DNA of 64,000 bases from an uncultured Peptostreptococcaceae bacterium (lineage in GTDB: Bacteria > Bacillota > Clostridia > Peptostreptococcales > BM714). The stretch is from NCBI GenBank assembly GCA_964484935.1, contig CAZAFW010000004.1:1911-65910 (forward strand), written 5' to 3'. The first letter of the stretch is position 1, and the number at the start of each line of letters is the position of its first letter. Shown piece after piece: positions 20,599 to 30,442 of this stretch. A model generated the notes under the pieces. The model did not search any database. It worked only from the letters and a program-made list of their open reading frames with translations, and was not told the origin of the DNA. Position numbers and translations under genes: made by a program.

Positions 20599-21987
20599 TT
20601 ACTTTTGTTTGTCTGCATTATATTCAGCGGACCATTTTCGTTCCACCCAATTCGCTTTGTTTTCCTGCCTGCTTCTGCCTATGCACAGGGCTCCTTCCGG
20701 CACAGATTCCGTAACGGTAGTTCCGGCGGCCACATATGCCTTGTTGTTGACAACTACAGGTGCAACAAGATTTACATTGCATCCTATGAAAACATCGTCT
20801 CCAACCCTGGTTCTATGTTTGTTCTTACCGTCATAATTCACAAAAACGACTCCGCAGCTTATGTTTACCCGTTTTCCTATGTCGGCGTCCCCTATATATG
20901 CCAGGTGCGAGGCCTTGCTGCCTTCTCCTACCGTAGAATTCTTGACTTCTACAAAATCGCCCAATTTTACCTTGTTTTCAATTGTGCTTCCCGGACGAAG
21001 ATATGCATATGGTCCAATCTTGGCATCTTTTCCCACAGAGCTGTCCAAAACAGTAGACTGCCTGATTGTCGTGCCTGCTCCTACTTGGGCATTTTCCAGA
21101 ATCGCATATGGTCCTATTTCGCAGTCAGGCCCAATTGAAGTTGCACCTTTCAATTGGGATCCCGAAAAAACGACTGTATCGGGCTCGATTTCAACATCGA
21201 TTCCAATTGTCGTGTCAGCGGGATTCATTATGGTGACTCCCGCAAGCATATGCTTTGTGTTTATTCTTGATTTCATTGTTTGCTCGGCTGTAGAAAGCTG
21301 AACTCTGTTGTTTACGCCCAGAATCTCAAGAGGGTCGTCTATTTCATAAGTTCCGGCACGCTTGCCAAGACCCCGTAAAATACTTACCGTATCGGTCAAA
21401 TAGTATTCGCACTGGCTGTTTTCATTCTCAAGGCCTTTCAAGGACTCTTTGAGAGATGCAGCATCAAAGCAATAAATGCCGGAATTTATTTCCTTTATTG
21501 ACCTTTCATCTTCATCCGCGTCCTTTTCCTCAACAATTCCAAGCAGTTTTCCCTCGCAATCCTTGACGATTCTTCCATACCCGAAAGGATCGTCAAATGA
21601 CGCAGTAAGCACAGTTACCGAATTTTCCTCTTCTCTGTGGCATCTTGCTAAACCTTCGAGTGTTTCCCCTCTGACAAGAGGCGTGTCCCCGCACAAAACC
21701 AATACGGCTCCCTCATCGGGTATTTTTTCCACCGCCTGCATTGCCGCATGGCCAGTTCCAAGCATTTCAAGCTGGAGCGCGAATTTAAGATTTCTTCCAG
21801 AAAGCTTTTGTCGAACCTCTTCGGCCCGGTGTCCTATCACTACGACCGAATCGGATACTCCTGCCGATTCAGAAGCTCTGAGCACATGTTCAATCATTGG
21901 AATCCCGCAAACCTCGTGGAGCACCTTGGGTTTATTCGATTTCATTCTTGTCCCTGCACCGGCCGCAAGAATTATGGCATTCAACAT
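20599..21987 (-). CDS. glmU: Bifunctional UDP-N-acetylglucosamine pyrophosphorylase / GlcN-1-P acetyltransferase
   Basis: 462 aa. The N-terminus is LAAGAGTRMKS, and the C-terminal domain is a left-handed beta-helix of hexapeptide repeats. Confidence 0.96.
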   Translation of the reverse strand: MLNAIILAAGAGTRMKSNKPKVLHEVCGIPMIEHVLRASESAGVSDSVVVIGHRAEEVRQKLSGRNLKFALQLEMLGTGHAAMQAVEKIPDEGAVLVLCGDTPLVRGETLEGLARCHREEENSVTVLTASFDDPFGYGRIVKDCEGKLLGIVEEKDADEDERSIKEINSGIYCFDAASLKESLKGLENENSQCEYYLTDTVSILRGLGKRAGTYEIDDPLEILGVNNRVQLSTAEQTMKSRINTKHMLAGVTIMNPADTTIGIDVEIEPDTVVFSGSQLKGATSIGPDCEIGPYAILENAQVGAGTTIRQSTVLDSSVGKDAKIGPYAYLRPGSTIENKVKLGDFVEVKNSTVGEGSKASHLAYIGDADIGKRVNISCGVVFVNYDGKNKHRTRVGDDVFIGCNVNLVAPVVVNNKAYVAAGTTVTESVPEGALCIGRSRQENKANWVERKWSAEYNADKQK

Positions 21988-22066
21988 ATTTGCACCCCTA
22001 ACATATTAAGCCTCCCGTCTTCCGTCATAGATTATAACATGCAAATGGCATTATTTCCATGGCGAA

Positions 22067-22894
22067 TCAAATACAAACGTCTTCTTTCGGATGTATGATT
22101 ATTCCTTTGTCCCTTGTTATTCCCTCAATGGCAATAAGGGAAACATAATCATCAACCATCTTCTTCTCAGGCTCTTTCGTGGCAATCATGACTCCTATTC
22201 CGACAACATTGGCATCGAATTCAGTCATCAAGTCCACCAAACCTTTGGCGGTTCCCCCAGCTCTCATAAAATCGTCTATTATAAGCACATTGGATCCTGT
22301 TCTTACAGCGCGTTTTGATACATACATGGTGCTTATGCTTCCTGTCGAACCCGAAACATAGTTTATGCTTACCGTGGACCCTTCTGTAACCCTGTTGTCG
22401 TCACGCGCAATGACAAGCGGAACATTTAAAGTATTGGCAGTCATAATTGCTAGAGGTATTCCCTTTGTTTCAAGAGTGAGTATGTAGTCAATAGGCTTGT
22501 CGGCAAAAATTTTCCCAAAAATTTCGCCGATTTTTTTGACATAGTGCGGATTATAGATAATGTCGGCAGTGTAAATGAAACCACCCGAGATGATTCTGCT
22601 TTCGTCTCTCAGCGTTTCGCATATGTCTGACAAAACTTTTTCGGTCTCCCTTCTGTTGATTTTGGGAATATACCTTACACCGCCTGCGGCTCCCGAAATT
22701 GTCTCGACAATGCCGAGTTCCAAATCTTCCATTACTCTTTTGACTATTACAATATCTTCGCTGATTGTAGATTTCGCAGCATTGAACATTGCGGTAAAAT
22801 GGTTAAGCGTGTAAATCTTGTTTGGAGTGTCACAAAGAACCTTGACAATGCCTCCAATCCTCTCATTTCTTTTAAATTTGCCCAAAGTCATCAC
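22067..22894 (-). CDS. purR: Pur operon repressor
   Basis: 275 aa with an N-terminal PurR winged-helix domain and a PRT-fold domain (VLIIDDFMRAGGTAKG). Confidence 0.9.
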   Translation of the reverse strand: MMTLGKFKRNERIGGIVKVLCDTPNKIYTLNHFTAMFNAAKSTISEDIVIVKRVMEDLELGIVETISGAAGGVRYIPKINRRETEKVLSDICETLRDESRIISGGFIYTADIIYNPHYVKKIGEIFGKIFADKPIDYILTLETKGIPLAIMTANTLNVPLVIARDDNRVTEGSTVSINYVSGSTGSISTMYVSKRAVRTGSNVLIIDDFMRAGGTAKGLVDLMTEFDANVVGIGVMIATKEPEKKMVDDYVSLIAIEGITRDKGIIIHPKEDVCI

Positions 22895-23060
22895 CCATCC
22901 GAATTATATTTGTGTTTATTATTAATTTTATTCGTTTTTTCGCGAAAATTCAATAGACAAGACCGATTTTTTAAATTAATAAAAGAGCCAATCCCTCTTT
23001 AAAGTGTTTTGTGGTATAATTCATTAAGTATGAAGACTACAAGAAGAATGGAGAGATTAT

Positions 23061-24452
23061 ATGAAATATGCAAATCACGGGCCCGATTTAACCACTTACG
23101 ACAATATTTACATGATTGGAATAGGTGGAATAGGAATGAGCGCCATAGCCGAGCTGCTTCTGTCAAGCGGTAAAAAAATCTCCGGCTCGGATATCAATTC
23201 ATCCGAAATCACGAAGAAATTGATTAATAAAGGCATAGAAGTCTTTATAGGCCATTCAGCCGAACACATAAAGGATATGGATCTGGTCATATACACATCC
23301 GCCGTTCACGCCGACAACCCCGAGTTTGCAAAAGCTATGGAATCAAACATTCCTACAATGGACAGGGCGGAGGCTCTCGGATTGTTGATGAAAAACTACA
23401 AGGAAAGAATAGCCGTTTCAGGGGCACACGGAAAAACTACAGCAACATCCATGATTTCCATGATATTTGAAGATTCCGGGGTTGATCCCACAATTCTAGT
23501 AGGAGGAATGATAGAAGAAATTTCAGGCAATGTAAAAATCGGCAAAAACGATTACATGATAACCGAAGCATGCGAATACAAGGAGAATTTCCTCAAGTTC
23601 CACCCAACCCTGGAAATAATACTCAATGTCGATGAAGACCATTTGGACTATTTCAGGGATTTGAAACATATAATGGATGCCTTCGGAAAATTCATCGAAT
23701 GCCTCCCCCCCAAAGGAACAATAGTCGCCAATTTCGACGACTACAATGTACGTGTTGTATGCGCCGCTTCAGACAAAAAAACCATAAGCTACGGAATAAA
23801 CGGAGATGCCGACTATAAAGCGGTAAATATTGTCTACACGGACAAAGGAACCCCCAGCTTCGAAGTTTTGAAAGGCGGCGAATCTTATGGACGTTTCGAC
23901 CTTTCAGTGCCAGGCAAACACAACATATACAATGCTTTGGCTGCAATCGCCGCTAGCGATTCCTGTGGAATAGATGTTGGTATTGTTCAAAATCGCCTTA
24001 AATCATTCCACAGCCCCAAGAGACGTTTCGAAATCAAGCACAAGCTAAATGGGATCACAATAATAGACGACTATGCACACCACCCAAGCGAAATAAAGGC
24101 AACTCTCGAAGCCGCAGGAAGATATCCCCACAGAAAGATATGGAGCATATTCCAGCCTCATACTTTTTCAAGAACCAAGTCTCTGCTGTCGGATTTTTCT
24201 TCCTCTTTCGGAAAAGCCGACCGTGTTGTCATTACAGACATCTACGCCGCCAGGGAAGAGGATTTTGGCCAAGTGCACAGTCGCGAATTGGCAAACCTCA
24301 TTAAAGGAGAAGGTGTTGACGTAAAATATATAAGCAATTTCGAGGATGCGGCCCAACATGTTGCCGACCTCGCCGAACCGGGAGATTTAATCATTACAAT
24401 GGGAGCGGGAGACGTATACAGAATAGGCGACCTCATAGTAAAAAGACTTTAA
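23061..24452 (+). CDS. murC: UDP-N-acetylmuramate--L-alanine ligase
   Basis: 463 aa with IGIGGIGMSAIAELL and the Mur ligase P-loop VSGAHGKTTAT. Confidence 0.96.
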   Translation: MKYANHGPDLTTYDNIYMIGIGGIGMSAIAELLLSSGKKISGSDINSSEITKKLINKGIEVFIGHSAEHIKDMDLVIYTSAVHADNPEFAKAMESNIPTMDRAEALGLLMKNYKERIAVSGAHGKTTATSMISMIFEDSGVDPTILVGGMIEEISGNVKIGKNDYMITEACEYKENFLKFHPTLEIILNVDEDHLDYFRDLKHIMDAFGKFIECLPPKGTIVANFDDYNVRVVCAASDKKTISYGINGDADYKAVNIVYTDKGTPSFEVLKGGESYGRFDLSVPGKHNIYNALAAIAASDSCGIDVGIVQNRLKSFHSPKRRFEIKHKLNGITIIDDYAHHPSEIKATLEAAGRYPHRKIWSIFQPHTFSRTKSLLSDFSSSFGKADRVVITDIYAAREEDFGQVHSRELANLIKGEGVDVKYISNFEDAAQHVADLAEPGDLIITMGAGDVYRIGDLIVKRL

Positions 24453-24485
24453 ATCGAGAAATAATACGAAATTATTCGAACGGCA

Positions 24486-24521
24486 AAAGCCTCCTTTGGA
24501 CAGAAGTCCAAAGGGGGCTTT
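24486..24521. terminator. Bidirectional terminator between the convergent murC and ClC genes
   Basis: AAAGCCTCCTTTGGAC-agaa-GTCCAAAGGGGGCTTT, with T-rich sequence following. Confidence 0.75.
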
Positions 24522-24529
24522 CAACTTTT

Positions 24530-25837
24530 TTATTTTATATCAATAGAATTGTTCCCAAGGGGTTTTGTGTAAATGCTGTACTTGTGCATGATTTCAGTAG
24601 TAATGCTTCCCACTGCACAGGCTATAAGCGCCGGAAACAGTATTGCGTAGTTGTCTGTGAGCTCGACGACCATAAGAGACGCGGCTATTGGCGCTTCCGC
24701 AAAACTTGCGAACATGACGCCAACTCCTATTATTGAGTAAGTGTCTCCGCTGAATATTTGTTCAGGAAAGAACCTCTCAAGCAGATTTCCGTATATGGAT
24801 CCGAATGCCGCTCCTATGTAAAGTCCCGGAACAAAAACACCGCCTATGTTTCCGCTTCCGAGCGTCATGAATGTCGCGATGAATTTTGCCGCAAGAAGCA
24901 TGAGTAGCATCTTCATGCCGAACTCACCCTGCACTATTCGTGGTATTGTGTTGAATTCTATGTCATATATGAGCGGAAGGAAATATCCTATTATTCCGAC
25001 AACAGTTGCCCCGAACAAAGGCTTGGCGAATTTGGGCATCTCGGTCATTTCCCTAAATAATTTTTTCGTCTTTTCCAATCCGCAGATATACGCCAAAGAT
25101 ACAAAACTCGTCAAAACGCCAAGCAAAATATAAAATCCTATCTCTCCATAATTCTTTATTCCATAAACCCCTTCAATTACCAGAAACGGCGTATGTCCAA
25201 TTATGACCCTTCCAATAAACGCGGCTGTTATGGACGAAATAAATATGGGTGTAAAGTATTCAAAAAAATCCCTGTTCATCATGACCTCCAGTACGAAAAG
25301 GGTCGCAAAAACAGGGGTGTCGAAAACAGCGGCCACACTACCGGCAACACCGCATCCTATAAGTATCCTAATCTTTCTCCTCGAAAAACCAGCCCTGTAT
25401 CCTATGTTGGAACCAATGGCTCCTCCTAAGTGTACAATCGGGCCGTGCCTGCCGGCTGACAAACCTCCGGAAATCGTTATTATCGTAGCCAGCATCTTTA
25501 TAATCACGCTTTTGGGCTTCATTAGGAACCTGTTTATATGCTTTATTTCCTCTATGACTTCAGTCACTCCGCACCCGGATTCCTCATCCTCTATCAGGTA
25601 CCTGTTTATAAGGCCTACAGAAAGTCCCGCAAGCATCGGTATTACAATAAATCTATTCCTGCTCATTGACAGGAATACCGACACACCTCCATACAAAAGC
25701 CTGTGTATTTCATCAAGGGACCAGTTGAACAACATGCCTCCCAAACCAGTTACAATGCCCACTAAAACAGCCAAAAGCGAGACGCTCAGCCTGTCATATT
25801 TTCCGTTTCTGTTTTTTGTGAAGGTTTTTCCTTTCAT
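24530..25837 (-). CDS. ClC-family voltage-gated chloride channel / H+-Cl- antiporter
   Basis: 435 aa and polytopic, with the ClC selectivity motifs GRHGP (GLSAGRHGPIVHLG) and GIFVP-like GGVFVPGL. Confidence 0.88.
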   Translation of the reverse strand: MKGKTFTKNRNGKYDRLSVSLLAVLVGIVTGLGGMLFNWSLDEIHRLLYGGVSVFLSMSRNRFIVIPMLAGLSVGLINRYLIEDEESGCGVTEVIEEIKHINRFLMKPKSVIIKMLATIITISGGLSAGRHGPIVHLGGAIGSNIGYRAGFSRRKIRILIGCGVAGSVAAVFDTPVFATLFVLEVMMNRDFFEYFTPIFISSITAAFIGRVIIGHTPFLVIEGVYGIKNYGEIGFYILLGVLTSFVSLAYICGLEKTKKLFREMTEMPKFAKPLFGATVVGIIGYFLPLIYDIEFNTIPRIVQGEFGMKMLLMLLAAKFIATFMTLGSGNIGGVFVPGLYIGAAFGSIYGNLLERFFPEQIFSGDTYSIIGVGVMFASFAEAPIAASLMVVELTDNYAILFPALIACAVGSITTEIMHKYSIYTKPLGNNSIDIK

Positions 25838-25993
25838 AATTCTGTCATCTCTCTAAAAAATATTTTAAAAAAATGTTTATTTTCTTTAATTAGGGTTATA
25901 TATATAGTATCTTAATCCCTACTCCCCCTATAATAATAGGGGCGGAAACTTCCGCTCTTGTTATTCTTTTTTTTTTGGTAGTGTTTCTTTTAA

Positions 25994-26938
25994 TTATTCT
26001 TTAGTGTAAATGGATGTCATCAATTCTTCTGTTGCCATGGGGTCATGAAGGTAATATGAAAGCCCCATATTGGTAACCCTTCCCGGTATCCGGTAAGTGC
26101 TTATGTCGTTTCTGCTCATTCCTACAGCGCTCTTTGAGTAGTAAAGTATGTCCGGCAGGCTCATGTCTGTTTTTACATATTTGAACATAGTATTGACAAT
26201 TACAGGCAATTTGAAGCTCAGTATGTTTTTTGCGGCCGATTTAAGAAATGCCTGCTGCGCTTCTATCCTACCCAAATCGCCATTTTGATATCCGGTGCCG
26301 TCATTGTTCTTACGGAATCTTAGATACTCGATTGCATTTTCACCGCGTAAAGTTTGTACACCTTTTTCAAAATGTATGTGCAGTTCGGGCTCTGCGTAAA
26401 TATCGTCGTAGTCCATTTTTATCGGCACGTTGACTTCAACACCGCCTATTGAATCGACTATCCTCTCAATTCCGGAATAGGTGACTTTGACATATTCATG
26501 CACAGGGACATCAAGTATGTCTGAAACAACAGCCATCACCTGTTCGGCCCCGCCATGGGAATAAGCTGCATTTATTTTTTTCTGGTCCGCATCGTCAAAT
26601 CCTTTTCTGTAATAATAAGTGTCTCTTGGAACCGATACAATATCGAGTTTCCCACTGTCGGGATCGAAGCTGGCAAGCATTATTGTATCTGTTCTATAAC
26701 CTTCTAGGCCCAAAAGCAATACATTGACACGATTGCTGTCCTTTACCGCTTTTTCCAAGGGAGTCTCAACATCTATTTCTGTATCAGGCTGTTTTGGGAG
26801 AATGGTTTCTTCCGGGCTTTCTTCAGCTTCCGCATTGGATGTGGGATCGTAATACTTGAAGAAAGCAAATGTCCCTGATCCTATCAATATTGTAAAGCAG
26901 AGAAATGCCACCGCAAATACTTTAAAAAAGGTTTTCAT
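25994..26938 (-). CDS. LytR-CpsA-Psr (LCP) family cell-envelope phosphotransferase
   Basis: It has an N-terminal TM anchor and the LCP block RVNVLLLGLE...RTDTIMLASFD...SVPRDTY. I place the start at the ATG at 26938, 8 nt after GGAG. Confidence 0.85.
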   Translation of the reverse strand: MKTFFKVFAVAFLCFTILIGSGTFAFFKYYDPTSNAEAEESPEETILPKQPDTEIDVETPLEKAVKDSNRVNVLLLGLEGYRTDTIMLASFDPDSGKLDIVSVPRDTYYYRKGFDDADQKKINAAYSHGGAEQVMAVVSDILDVPVHEYVKVTYSGIERIVDSIGGVEVNVPIKMDYDDIYAEPELHIHFEKGVQTLRGENAIEYLRFRKNNDGTGYQNGDLGRIEAQQAFLKSAAKNILSFKLPVIVNTMFKYVKTDMSLPDILYYSKSAVGMSRNDISTYRIPGRVTNMGLSYYLHDPMATEELMTSIYTKE

Positions 26939-27186
26939 TAAAATCACTCCATAATCTAAATAAGCATTTTATCATTATTTGAAATTCGCACAAGTGCAAA
27001 TGCCGCCTTTCAATTCTAACACATATTGTAATTGTAATTGGCTAAAAATACTTTACAATTCTGTTACCCTTAAGCAATATGGAAGAAACCACAGCTTTTC
27101 ATTTTTATTCTACCACAAGCAAATTGATTTATGCACATAGATTTGCCCCGACACCTGCTGCGGCCGTCGGGGCAATCAATTCAATT

Positions 27187-28392
27187 TTATAAATCAAACA
27201 CTTTGGCTATCGCGTGAACCGCCTTTATCTTGTCTTTTGGATTTATCGTATAGGATATTCGAATTTCGGAAGTCGTGACCTGTTTGAATTCGATTTCGTT
27301 TTCAGCCAGTATTTTAAACATTTTTGCCGCCACGCCCGAATGCGACCTCATTCCGTTTCCAACCACCGAAAGTTTTGTGATTTCCTCATCAATTTCGGCT
27401 CTAACCCCTCCATTTTCTTTTTCGAAGTCAGTTATGACTTCCCTTATAGAGTTCAAATCGCCTTTGTCCGCTGTAAACGAAATATTGATAAAACCGTCAT
27501 TAGGTGCCGTCTGGCTTATCATGTCGATATTCACATGCCTTGCAGCAAGTCTCTCAAACAAACCCGAGACAACCTTTGTAGAGTAAGATATTCCGTTTAT
27601 TGTAATCATAATATCGTCATCGCTTACTGACAATCCCGTAATCACTCTTTCTTCCATTCTAGCATCATGCTCCTTTATATAGGTTCCCGGACGTTCCTCC
27701 GTGCTTAAGGCGACATAAATGGGGACACCAAATTTTTGTCCTATTTCAACAGAACGCGTTTGCATTACTCCTGCTCCCAAACTCGCCATTTCCATCATTT
27801 CCTCGTAGCTTATCGTCTCGAGCTTTTTAGCTTCCGTATACAATCTTGGGTCGACCGTGTATATTCCCTCCACGTCGGTATAGATTTCGCAGCTGCACGA
27901 AAGTTTCGCTGCAAGAGCTACAGCCGTGGTATCCGACCCACCGCGTCCAAGCGTTGTTATGTTTCCCTTTTCATTTACTCCCTGGAAACCGGCTACAACC
28001 ACTATCTTTCCTTTGTCCAGCTCCACTTTGACATTCGATATTTCGATATCTGTTATTCTTGCGTTTGTATGTCTTCCGCCTGTAAGTATCCCGGCTTGAA
28101 ATCCCGTCATGGATATGGAATCAAAACCAAGTTCTTTCAGTGCGATTGAGAGAAGTGAAATCGATATCTGCTCCCCTGTAGACATAAGCATGTCCATTTC
28201 TCTGGTTGGTGGATTTTCCGAAATCTCTTTTGCCATGTCAACAAGCATATTCGTTGTCTTTCCCATTGCTGAAACAACCACCACCACCTTGTCTCCAGCT
28301 TCACGCCTTTTAGCTACACGTCTTGCCACATTCTTTATTTTACCTATTGTTCCTACGGAACTTCCTCCGTATTTTTGCACTACAATCGCCAT
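27187..28392 (-). CDS. lysC: Aspartate kinase
   Basis: 401 aa beginning MAIVVQKYGGSSV, with C-terminal ACT domains. It starts 18 nt downstream of lysA in the same operon. Confidence 0.95.
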   Translation of the reverse strand: MAIVVQKYGGSSVGTIGKIKNVARRVAKRREAGDKVVVVVSAMGKTTNMLVDMAKEISENPPTREMDMLMSTGEQISISLLSIALKELGFDSISMTGFQAGILTGGRHTNARITDIEISNVKVELDKGKIVVVAGFQGVNEKGNITTLGRGGSDTTAVALAAKLSCSCEIYTDVEGIYTVDPRLYTEAKKLETISYEEMMEMASLGAGVMQTRSVEIGQKFGVPIYVALSTEERPGTYIKEHDARMEERVITGLSVSDDDIMITINGISYSTKVVSGLFERLAARHVNIDMISQTAPNDGFINISFTADKGDLNSIREVITDFEKENGGVRAEIDEEITKLSVVGNGMRSHSGVAAKMFKILAENEIEFKQVTTSEIRISYTINPKDKIKAVHAIAKVFDL

Positions 28393-28410
28393 ATCAAGAT
28401 GCCTCCTTTC

Positions 28411-29724
28411 CTATATTATGTCGTTTCTTATCAAGTCGTCCAAAGTCTCTCTCCTAACCGTAACTCTCGATTTCCCGCCGGATGCAAACACTACCGCAGG
28501 TCTGGCAAGCCTATTGTAATTGCTTGACATTGAATAGTTGTAAGCTCCGGTCGTAAAAACAACGATAAGATCTCCTTTTCTTACTTCCGGCAACTCTATG
28601 TCGCGAATTATAATGTCTCCAGACTCGCAGCACTTGCCTGCTATTGCATACCTTTCATTCGCGCTTTCGTCAATCCTGTTTGCTATGGCCGCCTCGTAAC
28701 AGGCATCGTAAAGAGCCGTTCTAGGATTATCGGCCATTCCTCCATCTACAAAAATATAGTTCTTGCCTCCATAGGTTTCCTTTATTCCTCCAACTCTGTA
28801 CAAAGTTATTCCGGCATTTCCCACTATCGCCCTGCCAGGTTCTATAATGACCTTTTTTACAGACAGTTCGTTGCGTTCTATTTTATCCTCAATATGCCCG
28901 ACAAATCGCCCCATGAAATCGGAAAGCTTGATGGGGCTGTCTTCTCCTGAATAATAAACCCCGAACCCGCCTCCGAGATTAAGCTCCCGGGCCTTGAATC
29001 CGGTTCGTTCCTCCACGACCTTTATGAAATCCGCCATTACCGACAAAGACTCGAAGAAAGGATCCTCGTCATTGATTTGAGACCCTATATGGCAATGGAA
29101 TCCATGAAGGTTTATTCCCGGACTTTCCAATATTTTATTTATCACTTCAAAGATTTTTCTTCCGTAAATCGATTCGCCAAATTTTGAATCATGCTTGGAA
29201 GTCTGAATATACTGATGCGTATGGGCAGTCACTCCCGGGTTCAATCTGACCAAGACGTCCGCTGCAAGCTTCTTTTCTTCTGTCATGCGCCCCAAAGCTT
29301 TCACTTCATCCAGATTGTCTACAACAATCCTTCCCACACCTTCCGAAACGGCCATTTCAAGTTCTTGTCCGGTTTTATTGTTTCCATGCATATATATGTT
29401 TTCTTTCGGAAACTCCGACCTTAATGCCGTATGGAGTTCTCCTGCGGAAACAGCATCGATTCCAAGGCCTTCCTCCATCGCGATCCTGCATATGGCCATA
29501 TTTAGGAAGGCTTTCGATGCATACACTACTCTGCAGTCGAGTTTTTCAGAAACAAAGTGCCTTTTGAAAAGCTTCATATTCTCCCTTATAAGCGTCTCAT
29601 CCATAACATATAAGGGGGTTCCATGCTCTTTTGCAAGTTCAACCACATCACAGCCGCCAATTTCCAAATGGTTCAGTTCATTTGTTTTCATTGTTCCAAA
29701 TAATTTCAAAGCAAAGCCCTCCAT
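28411..29724 (-). CDS. lysA: Diaminopimelate decarboxylase
   Basis: It has the PLP-fold motifs YASKAF, HCHIGSQ and GGGFGV, and CESGD. The start is uncertain: ATG at 29724 (MEGFALKLFGT) or TTG at 29709 (8 nt after GGAGG). The track start at 29796 lies inside the riboswitch terminator. Confidence 0.9.
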   Translation of the reverse strand: MEGFALKLFGTMKTNELNHLEIGGCDVVELAKEHGTPLYVMDETLIRENMKLFKRHFVSEKLDCRVVYASKAFLNMAICRIAMEEGLGIDAVSAGELHTALRSEFPKENIYMHGNNKTGQELEMAVSEGVGRIVVDNLDEVKALGRMTEEKKLAADVLVRLNPGVTAHTHQYIQTSKHDSKFGESIYGRKIFEVINKILESPGINLHGFHCHIGSQINDEDPFFESLSVMADFIKVVEERTGFKARELNLGGGFGVYYSGEDSPIKLSDFMGRFVGHIEDKIERNELSVKKVIIEPGRAIVGNAGITLYRVGGIKETYGGKNYIFVDGGMADNPRTALYDACYEAAIANRIDESANERYAIAGKCCESGDIIIRDIELPEVRKGDLIVVFTTGAYNYSMSSNYNRLARPAVVFASGGKSRVTVRRETLDDLIRNDII

Positions 29725-29758
29725 ATCCAGATGATTTTCATGCATTGCCTGAATGCAC

Positions 29759-29789
29759 AAAAAATGCCATGAGCAAGGCTGCATGACAT
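29759..29789 (-). terminator. Expression-platform terminator of the lysA-lysC lysine riboswitch
   Basis: On the minus strand, ATGUCAUG-(10 nt)-CAUGGCAU forms 8 bp including one G-U pair, followed by UUUUUU. Confidence 0.7.
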
Positions 29790-29829
29790 CCATCATTTTT
29801 AACCCTGCAAATCAGCGCCTCATCAACGT

Positions 29830-29985
29830 CAATACCTCGATGACAGTGACATTCCTGTTCGACATGCCCCCAACATGCGGAATGCTTCAGGCAGCTTCCC
29901 CACATTTCGGCGATTGCACCTTTCATGCCGCCATGCCTGAAAAACAGCGTCCATTACTTATTGCACCCGCACCTCCAACTTACAA
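29830..29985 (-). promoter_or_regulatory. Lysine riboswitch (L-box) aptamer controlling lysA-lysC
   Basis: The minus strand reads GGAGGTGCG..AATAAGTAATGG..GAAAGGTGCAATCGCCGAAAT..TTGGGGGCATGTCGAACAGGAATGTCACTGTCATCGAGG. This matches the conserved blocks I recall from the B. subtilis lysC leader (AGAGGTGCG, GAGTA, GAAAGGGGAGCGTCGCCGAAG, CTGTCA). Confidence 0.85.
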
Positions 29986-30167
29986 TAGAAGTTATTCAAT
30001 TCATTTATTCGTATAGTCTACAATACGCTTTGCCTGTTGTCAACTCACAAACGATTGTTTAATTGTTCAAACAATCCGTTTTCATTTGACAAACACTACA
30101 CGCTATTATATCATATATGTATAAATATACCTTTTATGTGTATTAATAATTTAATCGTTTCGATTTG

Positions 30168-30325
30168 TGCGAAAGAGGAGCATTTACAATAATTAGACCG
30201 GCATACAACGGGAAATGGTGCCGATTGAAAGGTGTATTTGCCGAAAACAATGTTTATGCCCGAAACAATACATTGTTTGGGACCATGTCCGAACAGGCTT
30301 GGTACTGTCATTCCCATTCAACAAT
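30168..30325 (+). promoter_or_regulatory. Second lysine riboswitch (L-box) aptamer, controlling the NhaC-family transporter operon
   Basis: The plus strand reads GAAAGAGGAGC..TAATTAGACC..GAAAGGTGTATTTGCCGAAAAC..TTTGGGACCATGTCCGAACAGGCTTGGTACTGTCATTCCC. It shares the same core blocks as the divergent copy. Confidence 0.8.
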
Positions 30326-30379
30326 TGGTAATGAAGAGCTTTTTGCACAGATGAAAGATTACTGTGTAGCTGTCTATGG

Positions 30380-30416
30380 CAGTCATAGGTGCTTTTATCT
30401 GTGACTGTTTTTTATT
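30380..30416 (+). terminator. Expression-platform terminator of the second L-box
   Basis: CAGTCATAG-(10 nt)-CTGTGACTG forms 9 bp including one G-U pair, followed by TTTTTTATTT. It lies 27 nt before the transporter ATG. Confidence 0.8.
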
Positions 30417-30442
30417 TACAAAAATTTTGAAAGGAGATCATT

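Noticed and set aside
29725-29796. The N-terminal extension of lysA in the ORF track (MMDVMQPCSWHFLCIQAMHENHLD)
   Set aside because: These codons coincide with the riboswitch terminator hairpin and U-run (29759..29789), so translation is very unlikely to start there.
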